From an uncultured Lysobacterales bacterium (GTDB taxonomy: Bacteria; Pseudomonadota; Gammaproteobacteria; Xanthomonadales; SZUA-36): a stretch of DNA of 64,000 bases. The notes below the pieces were generated by a model. It was not told the origin of the DNA, searched no databases, and saw only the letters and a program-made list of their open reading frames with translations. Location of the stretch: the NCBI GenBank assembly GCA_937927755.1, contig CALBDB010000052.1, positions 12,265 to 76,264 on the forward strand. The letters are read 5' to 3'. Positions 30,318 to 40,851 of this stretch are shown in pieces. Made by a program: the position numbers and the translations under genes. Each line of letters begins with the position of its first letter. Positions within the stretch are counted from its first letter, which is position 1.

Positions 30318-30941
30318 ATGAAGCATTTATTGCAAATTGCCGTCGGGCTGTCACTGTTGGTGTCATTACCTGTGCTTGCATTGGGCAATGCAGAAGTCGG
30401 CCAGGGCAAAGCTGCCATATGTGCCGCCTGCCACGGACCTGACGGCAACAGCGTCGTTCCCAACTGGCCCAAGCTGGCAGGCCAGCACGCCGATTACATC
30501 GAACGCCATGTGGTCCTGATCAAGAGCGGTGAGCGCGCGGTTCCCGAAATGACAGGCATTGTAATGGCTCTTTCGGACCAGGATATCGCCGATATCGCGG
30601 CATATTATTCCTCCCAGGCCACGGCCGCCGGCCTGGCCGATGAAGCCCTGGTTGCAACCGGCGAACGCTTGTATCGAGCAGGTATTGCCGAAAAAGACGT
30701 TCCCGCCTGCATGTCCTGTCATGGCCCGGCCGGAGAAGGCAACCCACTGGCCGGCTATCCGTCACTTGCAGGGCAGCATTCTGTTTATTCAGAGAAAATG
30801 TTATCAGGTTTCCGGGCTGGCACGATGTGGGGTGATGATGACGCCAACAGTAAAATCATGACCGATGTTGCCAACAGGCTGACCGATGATGAAATCAAGG
30901 CCGTTGCCAGCTATATTCAAGGTCTGCATTCAGCAGAATAA
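30318..30941 (+). CDS. Dihaem cytochrome c4
   Basis: Signal peptide and two CXXCH motifs ('CAACHG', 'CMSCHG'), each followed by a distal Met region. Start re-set to ATG 30318 with a GGAGA Shine-Dalgarno. Confidence 0.9.
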   Translation: MKHLLQIAVGLSLLVSLPVLALGNAEVGQGKAAICAACHGPDGNSVVPNWPKLAGQHADYIERHVVLIKSGERAVPEMTGIVMALSDQDIADIAAYYSSQATAAGLADEALVATGERLYRAGIAEKDVPACMSCHGPAGEGNPLAGYPSLAGQHSVYSEKMLSGFRAGTMWGDDDANSKIMTDVANRLTDDEIKAVASYIQGLHSAE

Positions 30942-31022
30942 CCTGAAAACCAGGCCGCACGGAACAACAGGTCTCCGACGGGGTCTGTTAACCGAGAAGA
31001 TTATCTTGTGGAGAGATTGAGA

Positions 31023-31652
31023 ATGATAAAAAAGATTTTGCTAGCTTCCGTCCTTTTGTTGGGTAGCCAGTTCGTGTTCGCGCAATTCGAGGAAGGTACC
31101 CATTACATCAAATTTGGCCAGGTACCTGCCCAGTCGGATGACGGCACCATCGAAGTAACGGAGGTCTTCAGTTACCTGTGCAGTCACTGCAATACGCTGG
31201 AACCATACGTTGAAAACTGGCATGAGAGACAGCCGGACAATGTCAAATTCAGCCGCATACACGTGGATTTCGGCGGTGCATCCACATTGATGGCAAAAGG
31301 TTATATCGCGTCAGAAATGACCGGTATCGTCGAGCAAAGCCACCCGGCCATGATGGATGCCATCTGGAAACAGCGTAAGCAGTTCAGGAACGCGGACCAG
31401 CTGGCTGATTTCTACTCCAATTTTGGCGTGGAAAAGGAGCGCTTCCTGGCTAACCTCAACTCATTCGCCCTGGACAGCCAGATGCGTCGCAGCATGCAGA
31501 ATGTGAAGAACTGGGGTGTGACCGGCACCCCCTGCATCATCGTGAACGGCAAGTACCTGGTTCCAAATACCAGTGTGACCATGGACGTTGTTGATTACCT
31601 GGTCGCCAAAGAGATGGAGACAACAGCCGGGCAGGTTAGCCTGAGCCAATAA
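31023..31652 (+). CDS. dsbA: Thiol:disulfide interchange protein DsbA
   Basis: Signal peptide, active site 'FSYLCSHCN', 'GVTGTPCIIVNGKY' cis-Pro loop. Start re-set to ATG 31023. Confidence 0.85.
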   Translation: MIKKILLASVLLLGSQFVFAQFEEGTHYIKFGQVPAQSDDGTIEVTEVFSYLCSHCNTLEPYVENWHERQPDNVKFSRIHVDFGGASTLMAKGYIASEMTGIVEQSHPAMMDAIWKQRKQFRNADQLADFYSNFGVEKERFLANLNSFALDSQMRRSMQNVKNWGVTGTPCIIVNGKYLVPNTSVTMDVVDYLVAKEMETTAGQVSLSQ

Positions 31653-31679
31653 GCCAGGCCCCCAGCTCCCCAAACGGGC

Positions 31680-31704
31680 ATCAGCGGTTGACTCAACCGC
31701 TGAT
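31680..31704 (+). terminator. Hairpin downstream of dsbA (probable terminator)
   Basis: ATCAGCGGTTGA-C-TCAACCGCTGAT near-perfect palindrome, followed by a T-rich 'TGGAGTATTCTGTTGTTT'. Confidence 0.5.
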
Positions 31705-31748
31705 TGGAGTATTCTGTTGTTTCCTTACCACACCGTAGTTGACAATCT

Positions 31749-33119
31749 ATGTCATATGCCCAAATTCTGGTCGTTGATGACGAGCCCGATATCCGGCAGC
31801 TCGTACAGGAAATCCTTGAGGATGAAGGTTATTCCGTGCAGGTCGCGGAAGACGGTGAAAGCGCCCGCCAGGCCTTTGCGCAACAGAAACCCGACCTTGT
31901 CCTGCTGGATATCTGGATGCCGGACATCGATGGAATTTCACTTCTGAAAGAGTGGTCGGCCTCCGGGGCGCTTGAGTCACAGGTTGTCATCATGTCGGGC
32001 CATGGAACACTGGAAACCGCCGTCGAAGCCACCCGCCTGGGTGCATTTGATTTTGTCCAGAAGCCATTGTCACTCGCCAAATTACTGGCAACCGTCCGCA
32101 AGGCGCTGGAATCAAGACCGCAATCCAGGGCCACCGAGAAATCCCGGCAACAATCGCTGACGGTGGAGCCATTGGGCCATAGCCCGGTCATGCAGTTGCT
32201 GCGTAATAACGCCAAGCAGGCTGCGAGCAGCACCTCACCGGTAATGATAACCGGCGAAAGCGGTAGTGGCCGGGCGACATTGGCCCGGTATATTTACCAG
32301 TTATCCCCCGCCGCCGGCGACATGGTCATACTGGATCACAGCCAGGCAAACGGCGCCAATGTATACAGCTACCTGTTTGGCGCCGTATCCAATGGCCAGC
32401 CGGTCAAGGGCCTCCTGGACCAGGCGTCAGGTGGCGTGCTGTTCATACCAAAACTGCACAAATTGCCGGCCGAAACACTCGATTTGCTCAGCAATGCGCT
32501 CGAATCCGATGGCTTCACACCCCAGGGTGGTACGAGCCTGAGACCGGTCAACTGTCGTATCATATCCAGCGCCTGCGAGAATCTCGAGCAGATGGTCCAG
32601 GACGGCCAACTGCCGGGGCCATTGTACTTCAGCCTGAATGTCCTGCCTTTGAAAGTACCCTCATTGCGTGACAGGCCCGAAGATATCCCCGAGTTGATAC
32701 GGTATTTTTCTGACTGGTTTCCCAACCAGGAGAACCTGCCCTATCGCTCTTTCTCGGTCTCTGTACAGAACCGGATGCGCAACCACAGCTGGCCCGGCAA
32801 CGTCAGGGAGTTGCGTAACCTGGTCCAGCGCCTGCTGGTGCTCGGTGGCGAACCCGAGGTTTCCATCCAGGAAATCGAAGACAGCCTGAGCCAGAGCACA
32901 GCCAGCATTGAAGCCGGTGATTCCGGTCACGAAGGCATGTTTGATATGCCGCTGCGCGAGGCCAGGGAGCAGTTTGAACGCGACTACCTGACCTACCAGT
33001 TGAAAAAGGCCGGCGGCAGTGTCGGCAAGCTGTCCGACTCGGTGGGCATGGAAAGAACACATCTTTATCGAAAACTCAGGTCACTGGGTATTGATCCCAA
33101 AACGGTGGGCAACAAATGA
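31749..33119 (+). CDS. NtrX-like response regulator (REC + degenerate AAA+ + HTH)
   Basis: 456 aa. REC 'ILVVDDEPDIR...LLDIWMPDIDG', AAA+-like core with 'GESGSGRAT' and 'GNVRELRNLV', no GAFTGA loop, and a C-terminal Fis-type HTH. Confidence 0.75.
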   Translation: MSYAQILVVDDEPDIRQLVQEILEDEGYSVQVAEDGESARQAFAQQKPDLVLLDIWMPDIDGISLLKEWSASGALESQVVIMSGHGTLETAVEATRLGAFDFVQKPLSLAKLLATVRKALESRPQSRATEKSRQQSLTVEPLGHSPVMQLLRNNAKQAASSTSPVMITGESGSGRATLARYIYQLSPAAGDMVILDHSQANGANVYSYLFGAVSNGQPVKGLLDQASGGVLFIPKLHKLPAETLDLLSNALESDGFTPQGGTSLRPVNCRIISSACENLEQMVQDGQLPGPLYFSLNVLPLKVPSLRDRPEDIPELIRYFSDWFPNQENLPYRSFSVSVQNRMRNHSWPGNVRELRNLVQRLLVLGGEPEVSIQEIEDSLSQSTASIEAGDSGHEGMFDMPLREAREQFERDYLTYQLKKAGGSVGKLSDSVGMERTHLYRKLRSLGIDPKTVGNK

Positions 33120-34492
33120 AAATTGTTATTCTCGGTGCTGGACAGGTCGGCTCAACCGTGGCCAGTGCGCTGGCCCACGAGGACAACGATATAACCATCG
33201 TGGATTTCGATGAGCGGCGTCTTAAAGACCTGCAGGACAAGATGGATATACGCACGGTGCTCGGGCACGCATCCCACCCCAAGGTGATGGAGCGCGCCGG
33301 TATCGAGGATGCCGATCTCGTCATCGCACTGACCAGTTCCGACGAGGTCAACATGACAGCCTGCCAGATAGCTTATTCGCTGTACCTAGTGCCCACACGT
33401 GTGGCGCGTATCCGGTCCGCTGAGTACACTATGCGGCCCGAGTTGTTTGGCCGCACACATATCCCGGTTGATGTCCTGATCAGTCCGGAGTTGCTGTTAA
33501 CCGAGCACATCACCCGGTTGATCGAATATCCCGGCGCTACGCAGGTGCTGGATTTTGCAAACGGCAAGGCACAACTGGTGGCGACGGACGCCGAAGCGGG
33601 TGGTTTACTGGTTGGTCAGAAGCTGTACACGCTACGTCATCACATGCCGGGTGAATCGGATGCACGCGTGGCTGCGATCTACCGGGCCGGGAAACTGATC
33701 GTGCCGGACGGCGATACCATCATTGAGGAAAATGACACCGTGTTCTTTCTGGCCGCCAAGCGGCACATTCCCGCCGTCATGAAAGAACTCAGGCCAATGG
33801 ACAGACCGATTCGCCGGGTGATCCTTGCGGGTGGTGGCAATATCGGCAAAAACCTCGCGCGGCGCCTGGAACGTAATCACCACGTAAAAATCATCGAGCG
33901 CGACCCTGCCCGGGCCGAAGAAATCGCAGAGGAACTGACCAAGACCATCGTGCTGGTCGGAGACTGCGCCGATGCCGGGCTGCTCAGGGAAGAAGGCGTG
34001 GAAACCGCCGATGTGTTTTGCGTGCTCACCAACGACGATGAAGCCAATATCCTGTCAGCCTTGCAAGCCAAACGCATGGGTGCAAAAAAGGTCATCACCA
34101 TCATCAACAGGTTGTCCTATGTTGATCTGATGGAATTTGGCACCATTGATATCGCGGTGTCCCCACAACAGATCACGATCGGCGCACTATTGACCCATAT
34201 CCGCAGGGGTACCATGGTGCGCGTGCATTCACTCCGGCGCGGCTCGGCCGAGGCAATCGAGGCAATCGCGCTTGGCGACCGTACCAGTTCCAAGGTGGTC
34301 GGACGCTCGCTGGAAGAACTCAATTTGCCGGAAGGCGCGACTATCGGCGCAATTGTCAGGGATGAAGACGTCATCATCGCGCACCACGACACGGTAATAG
34401 AGGAACATGACCATGTTCTGCTGTTTGTTCATGACAAGAAGCAGATTCACGAAGTCGAACGGCTTTTCCAGGTGAGTCCAACCTTCGTATGA
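33116..34492 (+). CDS. trkA: Trk potassium uptake system NAD-binding protein
   Basis: 458 aa with duplicated RCK-N domains ('MKIVILGAGQVGSTVA', 'RVILAGGGNIGKNLA'). Confidence 0.95.
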   Translation: MKIVILGAGQVGSTVASALAHEDNDITIVDFDERRLKDLQDKMDIRTVLGHASHPKVMERAGIEDADLVIALTSSDEVNMTACQIAYSLYLVPTRVARIRSAEYTMRPELFGRTHIPVDVLISPELLLTEHITRLIEYPGATQVLDFANGKAQLVATDAEAGGLLVGQKLYTLRHHMPGESDARVAAIYRAGKLIVPDGDTIIEENDTVFFLAAKRHIPAVMKELRPMDRPIRRVILAGGGNIGKNLARRLERNHHVKIIERDPARAEEIAEELTKTIVLVGDCADAGLLREEGVETADVFCVLTNDDEANILSALQAKRMGAKKVITIINRLSYVDLMEFGTIDIAVSPQQITIGALLTHIRRGTMVRVHSLRRGSAEAIEAIALGDRTSSKVVGRSLEELNLPEGATIGAIVRDEDVIIAHHDTVIEEHDHVLLFVHDKKQIHEVERLFQVSPTFV

Positions 34493-35949
34493 AAACGCGG
34501 CGAATGGCGGCCATTCAAAGAATCCTGGGATTCCTGATCGCCGGAGCCAGCCTGATGATGCTACCTCCCGCCCTGGTCTCATGGTGGTACCAGGACGGTA
34601 CGTCCGAGTTGTTCCTGACCAGCGCCATCATCCTGTTCATAACCGGCATGGCAATCTTCCTGCCGGTCCGTAATATCCAGGAAGACCTGCGCCTGCGTGA
34701 CGGGTTTTTGATCGTCGCGGTTTGCTGGCTGTCACTGGCACTGGTCGGGGCGCTGCCATTTCTATTGCTGATGCAACCCGAAATCTCTTACGTGGACGCA
34801 GTGTTCGAATCCATGTCCGGGCTGACCACTACAGGCGCCACCATCCTGACAAACATAGACGGCCTGCCACGCGGCCTGTTGTATTACAGGCAGCAACTCC
34901 AGTGGCTGGGAGGCCTGGGTATCGTTGTATTGGCCGTCGCAATTATGCCGATGTTGCGTATCGGTGGTATGCAGCTTTACCGGGCGGAAACACCGGGACC
35001 GATGAAGGACAGTAAACTGACCCCGCGTATAACCGAAACTGCAAAGGCGCTGTGGTTAATATATCTCGGTATCACGGTAACCTGCGCTCTGGCCTATTGG
35101 CTTGGAGGCATGACATTGTTCGACGCTGTCGGCCACGCCTTCAGCACCGTCGCGATCGGCGGGATGTCAACCCACGATAGCGGGTTTGGCTATTTTGACA
35201 GCCCGACCCTCGAGATGATCGCGATATTCTTCATGGTCGTCGCAGGTGTGAATTTCGCCATTCATTTCACTTCGTGGAAACGTGCCAGCGCACAACCCTA
35301 TTTCCATGACCCGGAACTCAGATTGTATGCGGGCTTGTTGCTGGGGTTCGCCATCCTCACCACCTTTGCCCTCTACCTGAACGGGACTTACGGATCAATT
35401 TCGGAAGCTGCGCGCTATGCGAGTTTCCAGGTTGTCTCGGTAATGACGACAACCGGTTACAGCACGGCCAATTTCTCCCTGTGGCCGGGCTTTATTCCGA
35501 TCATGCTGATCTGTATCGCTTTTATCGGCGGTTGCGCCGGCAGCACCTGTGGCGGCATGAAAGTCATACGCGTGATGTTGCTGTACCGGCAGGCCGTACG
35601 TGAAATCCAGCGCCTGATACATCCCCACGCTGTATTCCCGGTTAAAATTGGCGGCAGGAAAACATCCGCCACCGTGATGGACGCCGTGTGGGGGTTTTTC
35701 TTCCTGTATGTTTCAAGTTTTGTAATGATCACCATTGCACTCAACGGTGTAGGCGTAGACCCGGTTACCGCCTATGCCGCTGCCGCTGCTTGCATTACCA
35801 ACCTCGGGCCCGGCCTGGGTGACGTCAGTTCAAACTACGCCAGTTTAAACTCCACGGCCAAGGTGATTCTTAGCTTCGCAATGCTGATGGGACGTCTGGA
35901 AATTTTCACAATACTCGTGCTGTTCACACCAGCATTCTGGCGCGCCTGA
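34489..35949 (+). CDS. trkH: Trk system potassium uptake membrane protein
   Basis: 486 aa, polytopic, with selectivity-filter-like 'MSGLTTTGAT', 'IGGMSTHD', 'TTTGYST', 'NLGPGLG'. Overlaps trkA by 4 nt. Confidence 0.9.
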   Translation: MKTRRMAAIQRILGFLIAGASLMMLPPALVSWWYQDGTSELFLTSAIILFITGMAIFLPVRNIQEDLRLRDGFLIVAVCWLSLALVGALPFLLLMQPEISYVDAVFESMSGLTTTGATILTNIDGLPRGLLYYRQQLQWLGGLGIVVLAVAIMPMLRIGGMQLYRAETPGPMKDSKLTPRITETAKALWLIYLGITVTCALAYWLGGMTLFDAVGHAFSTVAIGGMSTHDSGFGYFDSPTLEMIAIFFMVVAGVNFAIHFTSWKRASAQPYFHDPELRLYAGLLLGFAILTTFALYLNGTYGSISEAARYASFQVVSVMTTTGYSTANFSLWPGFIPIMLICIAFIGGCAGSTCGGMKVIRVMLLYRQAVREIQRLIHPHAVFPVKIGGRKTSATVMDAVWGFFFLYVSSFVMITIALNGVGVDPVTAYAAAAACITNLGPGLGDVSSNYASLNSTAKVILSFAMLMGRLEIFTILVLFTPAFWRA

Positions 35950-35975
35950 TGATCTAATCCTGGTCCTCAGCCAGC

Positions 35976-37871
35976 TCAGGAGGCCCAGTATTTTCTTTTC
36001 TTGAGTCCTGATGCCAGACGCATTTTACGCATCGGGTAGTGTTTTTTACGGTGATTTTTCTGTTCGCGCTGCAGGATTTCATTCAGCATTTCCACCGCTT
36101 CGACAATATGTGAACCCTTATTCAACATAACTGCTTCTGCTGCCTGGGCCATTGCAGCATCGGTAATTTCTGCCCGCGTAACATGGCCGTACTTGGTCAA
36201 TCCTTCCAGCACCTGGGTAGCCAATATCACTGGAACGTGCGCCGCTTCGCAGATCCACAACATTTCTTCCTGCACTTCTGACAGTCGATTGAAACCACAC
36301 TCAACGGCTAAATCGCCACGCGCAATCATGGCCCCGCAGGCAGGGAGTTTCAGGGCCTCGAGCAATATGGCAGGCAGGTTGGAAAAACCCATCTTGGTTT
36401 CGATTTTGAGAACCACCCCGATATCTTCCCGGCCCAATGTCTTCAATGCGCCCCGCAAAGTACGCACATCGGCCGGGCGGTTTGTAAAGGACAGTCCCAC
36501 AAGGTCGGAATGGCGAACTGCAAACTCCAGGTCCTCCTTGTCTTTCGCACTGAGTGCCGGAAGTTTCAAGCTCGTATCCGGGAGGTTGATCCCCCTTCTG
36601 CCTTCAAGCTTCTCCACCGGGTTTCGTGTATGTGTAATGCGAATCTGCAACAGTGCCGGTTCGCACTTTTCGACCAGTCCGGAGATACGGCCATCATCGA
36701 ATGATATCGGCTCGCCGAGGCGAATATCCCGAAAAACTTCCGGGATCGCCAGGGACACCCTGCCCGGCGTTAGCAACTCATCATTGATGTCATGCAATGC
36801 AGCTTTACCCGGCTCATCGGTTAACGACACAAACAGGATATCCCCGGGCCGGACAAGGCTAAAACTCTCCTTCGGAGGTAGTCCCTCTATTGTTGTTTCC
36901 GGACCTTTACCACCATCCCGGCGCCGCAGCTGCAATACCGTGCCATCGGTGAGGTAAGCGGTCTTTTTTGCTTCCACCCAACAACCGCCCGTGGTCGATT
37001 CACGGATAAGCCAGCTTCTGCGGGAGCCGCGATTATCCTGGAACTTCAAGCAGTCTCCTGACTTCAGACCCGACAACCAGTCAGGGTCCACGGCCAGGCT
37101 GGCATCCGCAGTAGGCATCTCTGCAAACGCTTCACCTGTTCCCGTCAACCAGATGCGGGCCGGACGGACCACTTGCCCATCGGTTGCCCTGACTGGTCTG
37201 ATTTTCATTACACCGGGCAACAATTCCATTGTACCGAGTCGCAGTTTTGGCCCCGCCAGGTCCATGAGCACCCGGCAGGACTGGCCGGTTGCCTGCTCGG
37301 CAAGACGCAAGTGTGCGATCATTTGTGACCAGGTCGATGGGCCGTCATGCACACAATTGATTCGCATACAGGTCATGCCGCTTTTGACTAACTGGTGCAC
37401 CAAAAGGTAGTTATCCGCTGCCTCTGCAGACATGGTTACAATGATGTGCCCCTGCCGCTTTCTGGGATGTTTGCCAAACAGCGTGACCGCGTTTGATTCG
37501 AGTTGATTAACCCCCGTGTCATATACGGAATGCACGGGCAGCTGCCCTGGTTGCGGAAGTTCTTTTCCACTGAGAAGCCGCAGGTTCTGCAACAGCGTAT
37601 CGAGGGACGCCAGCACATGGGCTTCCGGTCTGCCCAGCGAAGACAGGCCGAGACGCTCCAACTTGTCTTGTAGCGGCCTGATATCCTTGCTCCTCAGAGC
37701 CATGTAATGCAAGAGGTTTTCTGCGCTCCGGTGACGCTTAGGCGACAAGCCCTGCAAAACCGCCTTTCTACGTTCTGCTTGCTGAACAATGAACGCACGC
37801 AGCGATGCCACCTGTCTTATCAGGTCTTCAAACGCGTCAGCTGGCGGTGATCCGTGTACGACGGAGTTCAT
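35976..37871 (-). CDS. Atypical pyruvate-kinase-family protein (N-terminal extension, enlarged B domain, no C domain)
   Basis: PK A-domain blocks 'IIVTMSAEAA...GMTCMRINCVHD', 'MDLAGPKLR', 'KIETKMG', 'MIARGDLAVECG', 'ATQVLEGL', 'TRAEITDAA'. The 631-aa length and domain layout are non-canonical. Confidence 0.6.
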   Translation of the reverse strand: MNSVVHGSPPADAFEDLIRQVASLRAFIVQQAERRKAVLQGLSPKRHRSAENLLHYMALRSKDIRPLQDKLERLGLSSLGRPEAHVLASLDTLLQNLRLLSGKELPQPGQLPVHSVYDTGVNQLESNAVTLFGKHPRKRQGHIIVTMSAEAADNYLLVHQLVKSGMTCMRINCVHDGPSTWSQMIAHLRLAEQATGQSCRVLMDLAGPKLRLGTMELLPGVMKIRPVRATDGQVVRPARIWLTGTGEAFAEMPTADASLAVDPDWLSGLKSGDCLKFQDNRGSRRSWLIRESTTGGCWVEAKKTAYLTDGTVLQLRRRDGGKGPETTIEGLPPKESFSLVRPGDILFVSLTDEPGKAALHDINDELLTPGRVSLAIPEVFRDIRLGEPISFDDGRISGLVEKCEPALLQIRITHTRNPVEKLEGRRGINLPDTSLKLPALSAKDKEDLEFAVRHSDLVGLSFTNRPADVRTLRGALKTLGREDIGVVLKIETKMGFSNLPAILLEALKLPACGAMIARGDLAVECGFNRLSEVQEEMLWICEAAHVPVILATQVLEGLTKYGHVTRAEITDAAMAQAAEAVMLNKGSHIVEAVEMLNEILQREQKNHRKKHYPMRKMRLASGLKKRKYWAS

Positions 37872-37993
37872 ACATACTGCCTCCCAATATCACTGTAATC
37901 CCACGCACTTGAAAGCCACTTGACCCAAATCAAGACTGCTTATGATTAAGTAGGAAGTACTATGAAAATAGTTGGTGGCAATTCTTCGGATAT

Positions 37994-38875
37994 TTACTTT
38001 TTATAGAATGGTTTCTCGCCTTCAGGACGGTTCCTGAAACGTTTGTAAGCCCATAAATACTGGTCGTTATCCACTTCAATACACTTTTCGATACCCCGGT
38101 TAACAGCGGTCACCGCCTCGCGCATGTTATCGCTATAAATGCCATCGTCAGATTTGAAGAGTTTTACACGATACCTGCCGCCTTTACGCCGCTCGCATAC
38201 TGCGAAGACAACCCCCGCACCCGTTCGTTGGGCCATACGCGGCAGTAGTATGCCGGTCAAAGCCTCTACTCCGAAAAACGGTGCAAACTGGCCCTCGCCC
38301 CGGGTGGGTTCCTGGTCGGGCAGCAATGCCACGAAATAGCCGATTTTCAGCAACTTGAACATTCTACGGATACCGGAACCCGTGGCCGGCACCATTTCTG
38401 CACCCCCGCGGTTGCGTTTTTCCAATAGCATCTCGTCGAAGTCCGCATGCCGGCCCGGCTTGTAAAGGATCGCGGCTCTTCCGTATTGGTGCAAAAGCAG
38501 GTTCAACATCTCCCACGACCCGCAATGCGGTGCAGCCACGATCAGCCCCTCATGTTTATTCTCGGCCTCAGTCAGGTACTCCAGGCCCTCTACTTCATCA
38601 AAGTACCCGTACAGTTTCTCCAGCGGCCAGTACCACAGCATGCCGGCCTCGAATACACCCCTGACATAGTGGGTCATACTCGCGCGGCCAATCCTGTTAC
38701 GCCTTGCCGGATCCATGTCCGGGTAAACGGCGCGCAGGTTCAAGCGTGTTACGCGGCGTTTGCGTGGTGACAGATACCAGAGCAATGTTGCCAGCGGGGG
38801 AGCAATTATCTCGGCCACCCGCGGTGACACCCAGCTGAGCGCGCGCATGATTGCCCGGATTAAAAACAGTTTCAT
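37994..38875 (-). CDS. LpxL/HtrB-family lipid A (lysophospholipid) acyltransferase
   Basis: 293 aa with an N-terminal TM segment, catalytic 'APHCGSWE' (HX4E/D), and 'LPDQEP'. Confidence 0.8.
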   Translation of the reverse strand: MKLFLIRAIMRALSWVSPRVAEIIAPPLATLLWYLSPRKRRVTRLNLRAVYPDMDPARRNRIGRASMTHYVRGVFEAGMLWYWPLEKLYGYFDEVEGLEYLTEAENKHEGLIVAAPHCGSWEMLNLLLHQYGRAAILYKPGRHADFDEMLLEKRNRGGAEMVPATGSGIRRMFKLLKIGYFVALLPDQEPTRGEGQFAPFFGVEALTGILLPRMAQRTGAGVVFAVCERRKGGRYRVKLFKSDDGIYSDNMREAVTAVNRGIEKCIEVDNDQYLWAYKRFRNRPEGEKPFYKK

Positions 38876-38974
38876 CGCTGTCCGTAGTCGTTCGTTCGTT
38901 AATCAATGCTAACATTAACAGTGTTAAGTTCTGGTATCACTTGCCAGGCCCAAATTTCAGGATGCATCCGTGAG

Positions 38975-39460
38975 ATGATTGCATTATTACAGAGAGTATC
39001 GGAAGCCAGTGTGCTTGTGAATGAGGGTTCTGCCGGTTCCGCGGAGAGCGGTGAAGTTACGGGCGCTATCAGCGCCGGAATCCTGGCCTTCGTTGCGGTT
39101 GAGAAAGGTGACACTGAAACCCAGGCCGACAGGCTCTTGCAAAGAATACTCGCGTACCGCATTTTTGATGATGAAAACGGACGTATGAACCTGAATGTGC
39201 AACAGGCAAGCGGACAGTTGCTGCTGGTCTCCCAGTTCACGCTGGCCGCCGATACCAATTGCGGCAACCGCCCCAGCTTTACCCCGGCAGCCGAACCGGC
39301 CGAAGGGAGAAGGCTGTTTGACTACCTGCTGAAATCGGCTCGCGACGCAATGGGTGACGTGCCCTGTGGCCGGTTCGGCGCCCACATGAAGGTCAGCCTT
39401 GTCAATGACGGGCCGGTGACTTTCAGCTTGCGGGTGCCGCCGGTGGACAACGCCGGCTAG
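38975..39460 (+). CDS. dtd: D-aminoacyl-tRNA deacylase
   Basis: Start re-set to ATG 38975 ('[13 protein letters not shown]'). '[10 protein letters not shown]', '[19 protein letters not shown]'. Confidence 0.9.
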   Translation: MIALLQRVSEASVLVNEGSAGSAESGEVTGAISAGILAFVAVEKGDTETQADRLLQRILAYRIFDDENGRMNLNVQQASGQLLLVSQFTLAADTNCGNRPSFTPAAEPAEGRRLFDYLLKSARDAMGDVPCGRFGAHMKVSLVNDGPVTFSLRVPPVDNAG

Positions 39461-40851
39461 TTATTTTCTTCGAGTTCTTTCAACTTCCTGGTGAGCGTAT
39501 TACGCCCCAGGCCCAGCAAACGTGCGGCCTCGACGCGTCTGCCACCGGTAAATTCAAGGGCACAGTCAAAAATGACCCTTTCCAACTCGTTGCGGGCTTC
39601 GGTCATCAGGTCGGTCTGACCCCGGAACAAGGCCTTGCGGGTCCAGCTGCGCAGTGCCTGGGACCATGAGTCTCCTCCTTCGCCTGCCGGGCCCGTATCT
39701 TTCAAACTGGCAGGAAGGTCTTCGGGCAGGATCTGTTCTCCCGGCGCCATTACACATAACTGCTGGCAAAGATTCTGCAACTGGCGGACATTGCCCGGCC
39801 AGGCCTTCTTCTGTAAAGCCTCGATGGTTTCCGGAGATAAATATTTTTCTTCCAGTCCCATTTCCTCGGCCGCCTGGCGTAAGAAATGCCGGGCAAGCAA
39901 GGGAATATCCTCGGCGCGTTCGCGCAGTGGCGGCAATTCGATAGTGATCACGTTCAGACGGTGATAAAGATCTTCGCGAAAACTGCTTTCGGCAATTTTC
40001 TTCTGCAGATCCTGGTGGGTTGCAGTTAATACACGCACATCGGCGCTTAGCAGGTCACGTCCGCCAACCCGGTGGTAATCACCCTCGGCCAATACCCTCA
40101 ATAACCGGGTTTGCAGGGGTAACGGCATATCGCCAATTTCATCCAGAAAAAGGGTACCGCCAGCGGCTTCTTCAAACCGGCCGGGGCGCCTGGCGTGCGC
40201 ACCGGTAAACGAACCCTTCTCGTGACCGAACAGTTCTGATTCAAGCAGTTCGGCCGGGATTGCCGCCGTATTGATGGCGACGAACGGTCCTGCCGAGCGT
40301 GGGCTGTGCTGGTGCAGTGCGCGCGCTACCACTTCCTTGCCGCTACCGGTTTCACCGGTTAGCAGCACGCTGATGCTGGAGCGCGACAACCTGCCTATGG
40401 TCCGGAAAACTTCCTGCATGGCCGACGAATCACCGATCAACAGCCTTGATTCGGTTGCCTCCTCTGCAACGTGGGCAGCAGCGGGAACCGTTGAGGCGCG
40501 GGCAACCACCGACAGTACCTTGTCGAGGTCAAAAGGCTTGGAGAGATAGTCGAACACACCCGACTGGAAAGCGGAAACGGCCTGGTCCAGGTCCGAAAAA
40601 GCCGTCATTGCGATCACCGGTAATTCGATACCACGTTCTTCCAATGTCTTCAGCACGGTGAGTCCGTCGGCGTCGGGCAGACGGATATCGGTAATCAAGA
40701 CAGCGGGCCGGTCGCTTTCGAGCGCGGTACTGACGTCCTTTACATTACCGAAACTTTTAGTTTTATAACCCGCGCGGCCCAGCGCTCTTTCCAGCACAAA
40801 GCGAATCGCTTCGTCGTCATCGACCACCCATACCATCATCTGCTCAGCCAT
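39457..40851 (-). CDS. ntrC: Nitrogen regulation protein NR(I), sigma54-dependent response regulator
   Basis: 464 aa. REC domain, Walker A 'GETGSGKE', the '[15 protein letters not shown]' sigma54-contact loop, 'GNVRQLQN', and a C-terminal HTH. Downstream of ntrB. Confidence 0.9.
   Translation of the reverse strand: MAEQMMVWVVDDDEAIRFVLERALGRAGYKTKSFGNVKDVSTALESDRPAVLITDIRLPDADGLTVLKTLEERGIELPVIAMTAFSDLDQAVSAFQSGVFDYLSKPFDLDKVLSVVARASTVPAAAHVAEEATESRLLIGDSSAMQEVFRTIGRLSRSSISVLLTGETGSGKEVVARALHQHSPRSAGPFVAINTAAIPAELLESELFGHEKGSFTGAHARRPGRFEEAAGGTLFLDEIGDMPLPLQTRLLRVLAEGDYHRVGGRDLLSADVRVLTATHQDLQKKIAESSFREDLYHRLNVITIELPPLRERAEDIPLLARHFLRQAAEEMGLEEKYLSPETIEALQKKAWPGNVRQLQNLCQQLCVMAPGEQILPEDLPASLKDTGPAGEGGDSWSQALRSWTRKALFRGQTDLMTEARNELERVIFDCALEFTGGRRVEAARLLGLGRNTLTRKLKELEENN

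Noticed and set aside
38906-38974. 23-codon N-terminal extension of the dtd ORF (TTG/other start at 38906).
   Set aside because: Dtd proteins begin 'MIALLQRV...', and ATG 38975 gives exactly that. The extension has no homology.
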